Of a stretch of DNA of 64,000 nucleotides, positions 28,216 to 40,722 are shown piece by piece; the first letter of the stretch is position 1, and each line of letters opens with the position of its first letter. The DNA is from Camelus ferus (lineage: Eukaryota), in the NCBI RefSeq assembly GCF_009834535.1, contig NC_045696.1, forward strand, positions 56,050,001 through 56,114,000, written 5' to 3'. The translations under genes were made by a program, and so were the position numbers. The notes under the pieces were generated by a model. The model searched no databases. It saw only the letters and a program-made list of their open reading frames with translations, and had not been told where the DNA came from.

Positions 28216-28889
28216 TACAGCTGTTAAGAGAAAGTCAGTGTTACTAATATTGCTAGAAAGAGGTACTGTTGTGTTATTAGATTCCAGATTTCCACCTTCT
28301 TTTCTCAATTCCTTTCTCTCTCATACATTATAGTGATTTATTTAAAAATAAATATGAAAGCCCAAATCACATCTTAGTTTTTAGGTAATTCCATATATAT
28401 TACATACCTAATTTTTTTTTTTACTGTCAAAATATAATTTATCTCTATCATGACATTTGCCATCATTGTGTATTTAAGTTTTAAAGATGAAAATTTAAGA
28501 GGTTTTATTCATTTGAGTGTTAATTCATTTAATAATAAAATAATAGTAAGCATGAGTTTCATTTAATGGTATCGTAAGCGGCAAGGAACATTCTCTCAAA
28601 GTAGTTATGAGCTGATTTTTTTTCTCCTTTTCAATCAAAGCAGAACTCTATTAAAGCAGTGTTAGGAAAGACCATCTTTAAAAGAATTATTGAGCTGACC
28701 TGAGCCCCCACCAAATGAAGGTGGTACAGGTGCTGCCCTCAGGGAGATTATAACCACCTAGCAGGGAACTCACACATAGGCATCACGTTCTGCGGTATAA
28801 TTCATAAATGAGGGGGAAACAAAGTGTTCCAAGATTCTGGGAAGAGAGATACTGGGCCCACAACCACAAGTATGACTGTCGTGGGTAAG

Positions 28890-28902
28890 GGGTCAATGAC
28901 CC
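28890..28902. promoter_or_regulatory. Perfect IR1 (FXR/RXR-type) element
   Basis: GGGTCA-A-TGACCC, about 4 kb upstream of NR1I2 exon 1. Confidence 0.45.
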
Positions 28903-29659
28903 ACGGTCCTTGGTGAAAGAATTCACAGCATGTGACAACTTTTTATTAGTTAAAGAAACAGTACAGAGGGACAGGACCTCTGTGGTCAGCGAAGGAACCG
29001 CCTCTGCAGGTGGCTGTCAGGGCTTTTTAATGCGCACCCCACCCCATGGAATTTTTCCAGTTCGCCAGCGCACATGCTCACTCCTATCTAGAAATCCTGT
29101 TTGTACATGGGAAGGAAAAGAGAAGGGGAGGTGTAAACCAGAGCCCCAGCACATCTGGTTTATCGGTCTTCCTCAAGGTCTTTTCGTGTTCTTTGTTTTG
29201 AATTCCTCACTCCTCTGCTTGCCTTGCTCTGACTGTCGGGTCCCCATCATGACTGGTGGCACTTCAGAGCAATTATAGGGTCTGGAAGAGCAGAAGCTCA
29301 GTTTTAGTGCCCCCCACCCCCTGCCGGTTGCTGGAACCTGCCATTTCTAGGAAGGGAAACCTCTTGTCACTGCTTCCATTTACGAAAAAATAGGACCACT
29401 TTCAAAGAAAAGGTTCCTATTCCTCATCTTCTTGGGTACCTTTCTACTATCTCCACCCAAGGACAAAAAGGGAGGGGGTTCCTTCAAGACTGCCTCATGG
29501 GAGCAGAGCTGCACCTCCACATCTCACCCTGCTGCCCCCTTATCAAGGGGCCGACCTGAGCACACCCCACTGGAATCCTGAGAGATTTTGAGAGGAACAC
29601 CTGACTGGTTGAGAAACACCTATTTTCCTTAAGCTCGACCTGAGTTTATACCATTGGTG

Positions 29660-30075
29660 AAAAAAAGCTTTATTTGGTGATCTTACTGAGGACTATAGCC
29701 CAGAAACAGCCTCTCAGATAGCTCTGAGGAACTACTCTGAAGCAGTAAGGGAGGAGCCAGGATATAGAGGAGTTTTCTGCTCGGGGGGGGGGATCAATAT
29801 GTGGTCAAACATCAAAAGATTACTGCCAATCACAAAGAACAGACATCTTAAGTTAATGAATTTAGTGCTTTTCTCTGTCTGAGAAGATGCAAGAGTCTGG
29901 ACTCATTAAAATTACTCCTTAGATTTGCATCTTAACTGTGGAGGGCTCTATGGAAAGTATGGGAAGCACAGACGTTTCCTGTTTTTCTCCATCCTGAATT
30001 CCCCTCAGGGCGCACTGCTACAGCGGCCAATGACCTGATCCTTGTGGAAGTGGAATGGCAGGCAAGATTCCCTGC
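29660..30075 (-). mobile_element. ERV-type LTR of the same family as 26331-26907, opposite orientation
   Basis: ctgaggactatagcccagaaacagcctctcagatagctctg and gaagatgcaagagtctgg are near reverse complements of motifs at 26800-26842 and 26593-26610. Confidence 0.65.
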
Positions 30076-30779
30076 CCACTCATCACTCCTTTTGTACTGT
30101 TTGCTTGTTTTTTTAATATAAATATTCCTCAGAGGGAGGTATAACATTAAGTGAATTCACACTAAGGAGACTCGGTGGGCTTATCGGATCTGCTTGTCGA
30201 GTGGCTTAAGAGCTCCACGTTTCTGGCTGCGAAAGAGTAGAATGGAGGTCAGGGACTCAAATCTCTCCTCCTTCCCAGCTGTGCCTGAGGCTGACTCAGA
30301 CCCTCATCTGGGGGCATCAGTGTTGCTGTCCTTAATAACCAGAGTGTACTTTCTGGGTGTTTCTTAGCTTAGAGCTGTGCCTTAAGTTAAAACTGCACTT
30401 ACAGCCGTGGGAGGCCCGGCAGCCCACAGCCTTTCCCCCTGTCTTCTGGTTTGGGACCACACGAGACCAAGAGAAAAAGGGATCCAGAAGGTCCCTGAAG
30501 AAACCTGGGAACAGTTTCTTTGCCTCAGTGGTTTTTATACCGTGTTCTTAGTTTCCTGTTCCTGCTGTAAATAATTCACCATTTTTATAAGAGCAATAAG
30601 GCCAGGCCCTTATGAGCCAGGAGGGATTGAGAAATGAAAGCTATGTATTTTGCCCGTGACCCAAGGCCTTCTGGCAAGTTGCCCTACCTGAGCTGGGATC
30701 TGCCTTTTTTTCCTGGACCCAGAAATGCCTATCCTTACAAAAAGGGCTCCTTTAAAAAAAAAAAAAAGACTACAACAAT

Positions 30780-31060
30780 TTTTTTAGAGGAGTTTTAGGC
30801 TCACACCAGAATTGAGAGGAAGGTACAGAGATTCCCCATCTACTCTCTGCCCCTAACATGCACAGCCTCCCCCATAATCAATATCCCCACCAAAACGGTC
30901 CATTTGTCACAATCAAGGAACCGCCAGTGACACATCATAATCACCAAAAGTCCACAGTTTACATTACTCTTGGTGTTGTACCTTCTATGGGTTTGGGTAA
31001 ATGTATAATGACATATAATCTACCTTATAGTTCCATGTAAGAGTATTAACCCTCTGTGCT
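30780..31060 (-). mobile_element. Old LINE-1 3' fragment
   Basis: ttttagaggagttttaggctcacaccagaattgagaggaaggtacagagattcccca...ttctatgggtttgggtaaatgtataatgaca. Confidence 0.7.
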
Positions 31061-31911
31061 CCCAGAAAAACCTACTTCTAATCTTGGAAATAACATTTCC
31101 TGGGATGACATTCTAATCTTGGACATAACATTTCCTAACCATTTTCAGCCTTCCAACCCTCTGTGGCTGTAGTCATGACTTTCTGGTCATACCTTCTCAG
31201 GGTGTCAGAGGTGCTACCTGGCCCAGCATACAGCCCCCAGGACAGACTAGGGCAGCTGCTTCAACTGGGACCTGAATCCAGCATTTCACATATTCTAGGT
31301 CCTTCCTGCCCAAGGCCCTAGTCAACTTCCCAATCGATGGGATATATAATCCAGTGCTTCCCAGTTCCAGCAGAATCCCCTTTGGATGGTCAGAAGCTTG
31401 GCTGAAAGACGGGCCCCGGTCCCCAGTGCTGGTGGCAGGTCTCTCACAGTGAGTGTGTGAGCTGCCTTATTCTCTGTGTTTAGCTGGGAAGAGCAAGGCA
31501 AGCAACCACTTGAGAAATGCTGACCCCTAGGAAATCCCAGACCCAAATCCTCCTTAACCTCTGGGGGGTGGGGGGTGGGTTGCAAAAAACAAGTAAAAAC
31601 AAACCCCATAGTTAGTTATCCTTGCTTTTCTCATCAGGAGGGCTGGATTAAGACATGTGTTCAAGATAAAAACAATTTAAATCAGGAAGTAAGTGTAAGG
31701 AAACCCAAAATATCACATGAAGATCACCATAATAATCTGGGGGCAACCTCTAGTTCTCTCTCCCACCTGTCTACTCAAAAGTTCCTCTCTCCCCCTCCTC
31801 CCCTTCTCTCTCTCTCTCCTTGTGACCAGGACCCTGCTTACTATTATCTGAAGCATGTACCTAGTCCACTCCCCACACCTGCCATAAAGCATCTTAAAAA
31901 CAAAGCAGGTG

Positions 31912-32115
31912 AAGCAATAAGGTCCTACTGTTGAGCACAGAGAACTATATGCAATACCTTATAATAGCCTATAACGAAAAGGACTCTCTCCCTCTGTATA
32001 TGCATAGATATATGTGTCTGTGTATATATATGTATATGAATCACTATGCTGTACACCAGAAATTAACACAACATTGTAAATTGACTATACTTCAATTTAA
32101 AAAAAATCAAAAAAC
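31912..32115 (+). mobile_element. Short 5'-truncated LINE-1 with 15-bp target-site duplication
   Basis: L1 tail ...aacacaacattgtaaattgactatacttcaattt-polyA, flanked by aaaacaaagcaggtg (31897-31911) and aaaacaaagcaagtg (32116-32130). Confidence 0.85.
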
Positions 32116-32712
32116 AAAACAAAGCAAGTGGAAGAAACACATCCTATGAAACCCACCGCTTTGGGCTTTTGTCTACTCTTTTCCCTCGAGAGCTAGAACA
32201 GCCATCAGCAGCTGTTGCTGGGAGCACAAAGGACTAGATTGAGAGTGAGGGGCTGCTGGCTCCTGGCAGGGCCTGATGGGGGAAAGAATCCTTATAACCT
32301 TTCCCCATGGTCCATTCTCCCTGCTCCCAGTCAGCCAGCCGTCCTGAGGCCGGGTCATACTCTCATGAGCTGTGCTTAGCCCCCTCATCTCCCCCTCTCC
32401 CTCTCTCCCTGTGTGCCTGTCTCTCTCTTACACAAACATGCAGGTTTCAAGTCAAATAACACTATCCAGGAAGGTGGCTTAGACAAAGGAAGAAGTGTTC
32501 GGAGATCTAAGTTCAAATTAACTTCGCCCCAGGAGCTAAAGTGCAGAGACCCTCGGATGCATGACATTTGCTCAGAATTAGACAAAGCAGATACTACCAG
32601 CAACCTTTGTCCCTTTCTCCAGTGTTCTACAAGGAAGTCATCTGAGGGAAAAAAAGAGGGGGCACATAGTGAGAGTAAATATGGTAATCTGGTCGTTTGC
32701 TAGTTCAAGCGC

Positions 32713-32725
32713 TGGACTTGGGACT
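32713..32725 (-). promoter_or_regulatory. DR1 / HNF4A-type element in the NR1I2 proximal promoter
   Basis: TGGACTTGGGACT, reverse complement AGTCCC-A-AGTCCA. HNF4A is an established activator of PXR. Confidence 0.55.
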
Positions 32726-32772
32726 TAGGAGTGCCAGATGGGGGCCACTTACAGCCTACATCTGACCTGGAC

Positions 32773-33047
32773 TGAGATGGTGAGAAACAAGGTCGGCACA
32801 GACCCTGGGAAATAATAACCTATGACTAAGACAGGGAAAAGGAAGCACTGCCCTGACTTCAGCGGGAACCGCAGTCTCTCCCTGCAGTGAAGCGTTCACT
32901 CCTGCGAAAAACAAAAGATTAAGCCAACGCTCCAGTCTTTTACAAGGCAGCTACTTCAGGGATTCTGATGTTTTGATTGATTCTTTGTTCCTGATTGTTC
33001 AAAGTGGACTCCAAAGGAGAAGTCAGAGCAAAGTTACCACCAAGCAG
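32773..33047 (+). other. NR1I2: NR1I2 non-coding exon 1 (5' UTR); 5' boundary approximate
   Basis: Ends ...ttaccaccaagcag|gtatgg, matching my recollection of the human PXR exon 1 end (..CTTACCACCAAGCAG) that joins TCCAAGAGG of exon 2. Sequence 31100-33047 resembles the human PXR 5' region. Confidence 0.75.
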
Positions 33048-34042
33048 GTATGGTTTTTCTTTCTTTCTCTTTTGCTGGGGGCAGACTGCCTCCAGCTCCA
33101 TGTGAAAAAGGTGTCGGAACCCAAATGTGCCTTTCATTTGAGGTCAAGCATCCCACTGGGGTGTCTATCATGTTGGCCTTGCTGCTCTCCACATTTCCAG
33201 GACTGGAAAAAATCATGAAGGCAATCACTTAATATTGTCTCATTAATGATGCTTCCTACACCTGCACTTGCCTCCTGGAGAAATAATCAAAGTCCTACAT
33301 GAATTGCCATGGGCCGTACGTACAATCAGCCCCCTCCTAGTTGCAGAGTTGGAGTCTCCTGATCCAAGAAATATCATGGTCTGGGACTGTGGGAGCTGGG
33401 AACACCCTAGCCTTGGTCCCTCTCAGCCCACTGAGTTAGTGTTGGCAGACCCTGGGGACCGAGGCAGAGACAAAGCAGTGTGGCAGTCACAGGGCCTCAC
33501 ACCCTCAGTGAGGGGTCCCTCCTAGACCACCCACACCTTGCATAGCCCTGGGACTGAGCTGGCTTTGGAGCAGTGAATTTTGCCAGGAGAGGCATTGTCC
33601 CATAGAACTGAGCCTCTCCTACATGTGCTCAGCGCTACCAAGCCCTCCTCCCCACCTCACAGCCCAGCCTGGCTGAGGCTATAGCCAGAGACTTTGCCAT
33701 AAGGCAATTCCACATCTGGGGATGGTCAGGAGTCACCTCTGAGGCCACCAGACCTTGACTCAGTGAGTCAGCTGTGGCAGGCACTACCCCCCATCCCAGG
33801 AATGGTTGTGTGACTCTGCTGCTGGGAAAGTCAATGGTCACCACCGAGATGGCCAAGGTAACTAGATTATCTCCACTGGGTTTGGTCTCTAATGATATGG
33901 CCAGAGTCTAAATTATTCTAATCAAGTTCCCGGAGACTACTGCTTATTTAATTAGTTGGTTAATAGGAAAGATTATTTTTCCATATGCCAAAAATAACTG
34001 ATTTAAAATATATTTTAGCTATATAATAAACTTAGTCTAAAC

Positions 34043-34256
34043 CAAGGGTTGGCAAACTATGGCTCACAGGCCAAATGTGAGCTATTTGTTTTCTATAAAT
34101 AAAGTTTTATTGGAACACAGCCATGCTCATTCATTATACAGTATTAGCTGTAGCTGCTTTTGCCTCAGAACTGAGTAGCTGCAAAAGAGACAGTGTAGCT
34201 CCCAAAGCTAAAATGCTAACTATCTGATCTTTTACAGGAAAAATTTGCCAACTCTT
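34043..34256 (-). mobile_element. MER58-type hAT MITE
   Basis: caagggttggcaaactatggctcacaggccaaat...aaagttttattggaacacagccatgctcattc...aaaatttgccaactc. Confidence 0.78.
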
Positions 34257-34962
34257 AGTCTCAACCTATCAACTTGTCCCTCAATTATCATGGGATAAAC
34301 ATAATAGAAAACCACAAAACTATTGTTAGTAAGTAATAGCTTTTTAAAATTATAAATGTAATGCATGATTACACGCTCCTTGTAAAATGAAACAGCAATA
34401 CAGATGAAGCTAAACTCTCCTTTAGCCACCCTGCCAGCGCCGATCCCCTGTTCCCCCAAAAGTAACTGCTCTCACCAGTTTGGTGTGTGTATTGCCAGAG
34501 GGTCTCCTTTGCAGTCACACATTCATATATGTCCTAATAAACTACACATTCTTATTATTCCTTTTTTCCACTCCAATGTTCCATATCCATACTCCATATG
34601 GAGACTTTCTGTATCACTATCCAGCTTTAACCCATTAATTTTAACCACAGCACAGTATTCCACAGAGTACAATATTTTCATTTAGCCATTTCCTTTTTGA
34701 TAAATATTTAATCTGCTTCCAATTTTTCACTCTTACCAGCAATGCTACAGTGACTCTCCCTGTCTACACCTTAATTTTTGATACTGTCAGATCTCCCTCC
34801 ACAGTGCCTGCACCAATTTTATACTCCTCCCCAGCAGAGAATAGTTACTGTTCGTCCACACTCTACTACTTACTATTTATTAAACATCTGATTACTTTTC
34901 CAGTTGGATGAGTGAAAATAGTAACCCATTTAAAAAATCTTTAAATTTCCCTGATTACTAAT

Positions 34963-35318
34963 ATATTAGTTTGCCACAAAGTACCACAGACTGGATGGCT
35001 TAAACAACAGAAATTTCTTTTCTCACAAGAAAGGCAAAAAGTCCAAGATCAAGGGGTCCACACGCTTGGTCTCTCCTGAGGCTTCTCTCCTTGGCTAGCA
35101 GGTGGCTTCCTTCTCTGTGTCCTCTCATGGCCTTTCCTCTGGGAGGGCATCCTTAGTGTCTCTGTGTGCAAATTTCCTCTTCTTACAAGGAACCCATCAT
35201 ACTGGGTCAGGACCCACTCTAACGACCCTGTGTGAACTTAATTACCTGTTTAAAGGCCCTATCTCCAAATACAATCACATTCTGAGGTACTGGGGGACAC
35301 AAGTCAACCCATCACAAC
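34963..35318 (-). mobile_element. MLT1-type MaLR LTR
   Basis: caaagtaccacagactggatggcttaaacaacagaaattt...aaggccctatctccaaatacaatcacattctgaggtactgggg. Confidence 0.75.
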
Positions 35319-36667
35319 TACTGAGGTTGGGCATTTCTTTATATAATTCTCGTCCATTGTATTTCCTCTTAATGGCCCATTCATATCCTTAGCTCATTTT
35401 GTATTGGTTATGTTTTTCTGCTCATTTGTAGGAGTCTAATATTCTCGATGCTAACCGTTTGATAGACATATAATATTCTAAGTCTGTCACACTGTTTTTA
35501 ACTTGGTTTACATCATGTTTTTAGTCAATAGAAGTATTTACTAATATTGTTTTCACTATTATTATTTTGATGTAGTTGGATTGATTAATTTTCTCCTTTA
35601 TGGATTCTGCTCTTTGGTTCTTATTTAAGAAAGTCTTCTCAGCAGCCAAGATTATGATAATATTTTAGCACACTTTCTTTTAATACTTTTATCTTTTAAA
35701 AAGTAAGTCTTTAATCCACCTGGAACATATTTTTATTAATTACTCCAATAACATTGAAAAGTCTGTCCTTTTCCTATTCATTTCAAATGTCACCTCTATC
35801 ATGTGTAAATTCTCTCTTTTCCATGTCTATTCCTGTATACTCTGTTATTTTGTATTTATTTCCTATTCCTGAGCCAATTTCCACTATAGCTTTACTGCGT
35901 CTAATTGATTTTTTACTGATATATAGAAAATCTGTTTTTGTTTTATGTTTTGTTATTTTGTCTGGTCACCTCACTCGAATCTCTTGATTCCTTTGGGATT
36001 TGTTGGCAGACACCATATTGTATATGTATAACAAGGGCTTTGCTCCTTCCTTTCAATTTCACACTGCCTTTTTTTTGGTCTTATTGCCCTTTCTTGGCCT
36101 TCCAGCACAACGCTAAATTATAGCAAAGACAGAGGATAGTCTCAGGGCTGATGTATACAATTGTGTATGTATAATTCACAATTCTGCACAATTCTAGGGG
36201 AACCATTCACATTTAGATGTCTTAGGTATTCTTGTCATGTTCGTGATTTTAAACCATTGTTATTTCATACTATGAACACATATTTCTTGGAGACACCTCC
36301 ACAGGATTCTTTGGGGCTGGGGTTGTACACTGGTCACAACCTGGGAATGACAAAGGAGTTTGTGGGGGACTCTTCTTGCACACAGGGGCCTTCTAAGAGG
36401 TGTGATTTGAAGGGGATTGGGAAGAATTTTCTACCATCCGATACCTGCTCTTCCACCTGCCATACCTCCTCAACATCTGTGAAACATTGAGATAACCAGC
36501 TAAATACCCAACTGAAAATTAAGATAAAGAGACATAGCCAACTCCCTCAAATAGTATGAAACAATTCTCCTGGGTCTCCATAAATTCCAAAGACGCAAAC
36601 TATAAAACTATAGGCAACATTATAGAACCAACTTCACATGTGTATAAGAGACAGGTAATTAAATCAG

Positions 36668-36835
36668 AGGTCATTGCACCTTGTTAAATATTGGAAGAGC
36701 AGACAAGGTGTACTTTTGACTTGGGCTGACCCATGTCTAGGAATGAACCCTCTGACCTCTTTGATGACTGCATCTCGAAAGCACAAAGGTCAAATTTCAT
36801 TTATTGCCCCCCCCCCGAAGATAGCAACTGACCTC
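36668..36835. promoter_or_regulatory. Nuclear-receptor half-site cluster in NR1I2 intron 1 (candidate enhancer)
   Basis: DR3 TGAACC-ctc-TGACCT 36744-36758; DR4-like TGACTT-gggc-TGACCC 36717-36732; IR1-like AGGTCA-t-TGCACC 36668-36680; CAAAGGTCA 36784-36792. Confidence 0.45.
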
Positions 36836-38419
36836 TTATATTTAAATTAACACAACGTGACTCTTGCTGAGTTTTCTCTGGGTGTTAGTCCCATGCCAGG
36901 GTCAAGGAAGGGGAGACTTTTGTTCAGAATATTTGATTCATTTAAAAAAAAATTTTATCCTCATAAGTTTTGTGACAAAAATTTAACTTAGATAGTATAT
37001 CTATTTGCACTATAGAAAGAATCAGAACAAAGGGGAAAGAAAAAAAGTTCTATCCCTTACTTCCTGTGTGGCCTTGGACACACCTGGAAGCCCCAGTTTC
37101 CTCAGTTGTTAAAGGAACAGTATGTCCTGCCCGCCCGGCTCAACTGGGGACAAGCCCTGCTCCGCCCACCTCACAGCACCTCCACATGCGAAGATGATTT
37201 TGAAATCATTTTGTAAACAACAAAACCTCTGTGATGTGAGTTAATATGTTTACCAGACTGCTCCCTTCATTGAACAAAGCAGTCCAACAGTTTTATAAGC
37301 TTCACCATTAACGTCTTAGAAATTCGATTCTTATATAATTTCCTTTTACCTGCTTTTTTTCCCTCTTTACTCTCTGGCCACACACACACGTGTGTGTGTG
37401 GATATATACATATTGTAAGATATACATATTAAATATACACAGATAAGACACATCATAAAATATATAAAATAATCCCACTGTTTCCAATAGTTTCCATTCC
37501 TAAGACGATGATTTTTCTACCATTTTCCCCTTTCACTTAGACTTACTGTTGCTTCAACTCCAAGTTGCCCACTCTTTCCTCCCTGTAATCTCAGCAGCCT
37601 GGTTCAAAAGCCTTTTGATTTGACTCATTTGAAGATTAAATGTATCTGCATCTCTTCCCCACACCTTTTTTCTGGGAAGGCGCTGTCTCACCCCCAAATG
37701 TATACTGACTTTAAAACAACTTTGATGCCAGCCATTTCCCGTGTGTTTGATCACTGCCTCTATTTTCTAGAACGCTAAAGATGTTTTTTCTTACCGTAAC
37801 CTCTGCCTGCCGCTCGGTCATTTCTCCATCGCATCCTTTTGGTGTCCTGCTGGTTTTCTGTCTGGGTGGTTGGTGATTTCGTAGGTCCTTGCTGCTCTGA
37901 AGCCGACCAGCACCGCCGGGAGCTGGTGGGAAATGCAGGAAGCACTCAGGCCCATCCCAGACCCAGGGCTTGGAATCTGCATGTTAACAGGCTCCGCAGG
38001 TGATCTGTATGCACATTAAATCTCCATTCTAGATCACAAACACGTGCTCAGGGTTAACTGAAGCCGTGGGGTTTCTGAAGCAGGTGTGGAGAGTTGGAGG
38101 CAGACCCAGGCCTCACAGAGACTCAAATGTGGTTCAAAAACTAAGGTCATTTAGGATCAAATGCAGCTCAATTGCCCTGGTTATCTTTTTACTCCTCATT
38201 GTAGTGCTTTCAACCACTGTTGCCACTTTGCTTTCTACTTCTTTGCCTGGTAGCTTCTGCCTCCTCACAGCTCCTCTCGGCTTCCGGACCAGCCTCCTCT
38301 CTGTGTCAGCACCTCCCGGACCAGGCAGGGCTGAGATGTGTGGGCACTCATGTCGGTCTAATATTTTGGCTTCTCCTTTAATGTTCTAAATATTTGATCA
38401 ACATCTGTTTAAGGACACG

Positions 38420-39437
38420 TGATTTTTGTGTGTATACAATACACGTAACATAACATGTACCATCTTAACCACTTAAGTATACAGTTCAGTAATGTTAAGT
38501 ATGTTTATATTGTTGTGAAATTGCTCTCCAGACCTTTTTCATCTTGTAAAACTGAAACTCTGTACTCATCAAATGACTCATTCTTCCCCTCTACCCCCAG
38601 CCCCTGGCCACCACCATTCTACTTATTTTTAACTTTATTGAAAAAAAACAGTTGCAAATATAATTGTACATATTTAAAGTGTACAATGTGATGATTTGAC
38701 ATACATATACATTGTAAAATGATTACCAAGATCAAGATAACACATCCATTACTTCACAAAGTGAACATGGTTAACTCTGTGTGTGATAAGAATGCTTCAG
38801 AGCTGCTCTCAGTAACTTTCAAATAAATAATACTGTATTATTAACTACAGTCACCATGCTGTACATGGCCACCATTCTATTTTCTGTGTCTCTGACTACT
38901 TGTTAGTGAAATCAGATAGTATTTATCCTTTTGTGGCTGGCTTATTTCACTTAGCATAATGTCCTCAAGTTTCATCCATGTTGTAGCCTGTGTTAAAATT
39001 ACCTTCCTTTTCAAGGCTGAAAATATTTCATTGTATGTATATGCTGCATTTTGTTTATCCATTTATCTGTTGATGGACAGTTTGGTTGCTTCCAACTTTT
39101 GACTGTTGTGAATAACACTGGTGTGAACATGGGTGTGCACATATCTCTTTGAGACCCTGCTTTCAATCCAGAATTGGAATTGCTGGACCATATAGCAATT
39201 CCATTTTAAATTTTTTGAGGAACCTCCATCCTGTTTTCCATAGTGGCTGCATCATTGTATTTTCCCCCCGGCAATACACAAAGGGTCTAATTTCTCCACA
39301 TCCTTGCCATCACTTGTTGTTTTCTGTTTTTGTGACAGCAGCCATCGTAATGGGTGTGAAGCACAGTCTCCTTGTGTTTGATTTGCATGTCCCTAGTGCT
39401 TAGTGATGCTGAACATCTTCACGTGACTGTTGGCAAG
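38420..39437 (-). mobile_element. L1MB-like 3' fragment with a second L1 tail inserted (about 38624-38866)
   Basis: Antisense L1 3' UTR/ORF2 end (ORF WMKLEDIMLSEISQ); the motif ccaccattcta flanks both sides of the inner insert. Confidence 0.8.
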
Positions 39438-40685
39438 TGATGTTCTTTTCATACAAAATGTGTATCGTGTATTTTGTAGTCAAATAAGTCATTTATTCTG
39501 TGCAATTTTCCAAACAGACAACTTGGAAAGCAAAAGTGTTTAGATAATTAGAATCCACTCATTCCCTGCAGACAGCCCTACACCGCACATTATGTTTCTG
39601 GTTCTGCCTGCCAATTTCAGTACGTTGTTCAGGGTTGTCCTCAGGTGGTTGGCTGGAACGGCCCTGTGTACAGGCATATGGGGGCCCCGATCACTCCACA
39701 GGGGCTGGTCTGCGTCGTTAAGGAGTGTTGTAAATCTCCTCCTCAGGGTGATGACTACTTTGGTAGGAAAGGAAAGAATTTCTGGTTTACCTCAGTACTG
39801 ATTTATTCCAATAATGTTTTAGTGCCCTTTGGATATATTGGCTCCCTAGGCAGCAGCCCAGCCAGCGGGCCCTTTAATTTGGCCCTGTCTGTATACCTGA
39901 CATTTGGATTCACTAGGAGAGGATCTGAATGGGTCAGCGGACCCCTAGTCCCTGGGAGAGAGCAATTACACCATCCCTCCCAAGCCCCGGGAAGCCCATG
40001 GACCCTTTGTTCTGGTGCCTGGACCTGGTCCAACCAGGACCCCCTCTGAGGGCAGCTGTGGGAGACAGGCCTACCGAGCGTCCTCCTCCAGCAAGGTCGG
40101 GCAGGGCGAGTGTATGAGTCTCCTTCACAAGGACAGAGCTGGGAGGCTGCGAACACGCACACACACGCGCTCATGTGACACCGTTTGTGTAATTGCCTCA
40201 CAAATGTTGGCATTTTATCTGACACATCCTGTCTTCTTTTGACGGGAGGGGAGGGGAGAGGCATCCCTTTTTCTATCAAAAGCTTTCCTCAGTCTCTGTG
40301 CTTTTCAAAATCCCACCTCTCACCTTACCTCCCACCTTGCTGCCAACACATTCTCTTCCAGCCAAAGCCCACTCCCTCCCCATTCCCAGCTTCACAGCTG
40401 CCAAAGGAAGAGTGAGCCTCCGTCTTTGCCACTCAAGCAAGATGGAGGGTTAACAGTGCGGCAGGGAGGCAGGCGGGGTGGACCACAAGCAGTCCCACCC
40501 AACCCAATCTACAAAATGAGCCACCCCGAGGACTTCTTGTTTAGCCTCTTTGATCCGGGAGTTTGGGCCAGACATCAGCATCGACACGTGACACAGAGGA
40601 GACAGGGCAGTAAAGGCTCTGTCCACTGGTCTGAGATGTAAGGTCCCCTGGAGGCTGCAGTGGGCTCTGTGGCTTGGCTTTTCGG

Positions 40686-40686
<1 letters not shown>

Positions 40687-40718
<32 letters not shown>
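40687..40718 (+). repeat. (TG)n microsatellite
   Basis: Uninterrupted TG run in NR1I2 intron 1. Confidence 0.9.
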
Positions 40719-40722
<4 letters not shown>

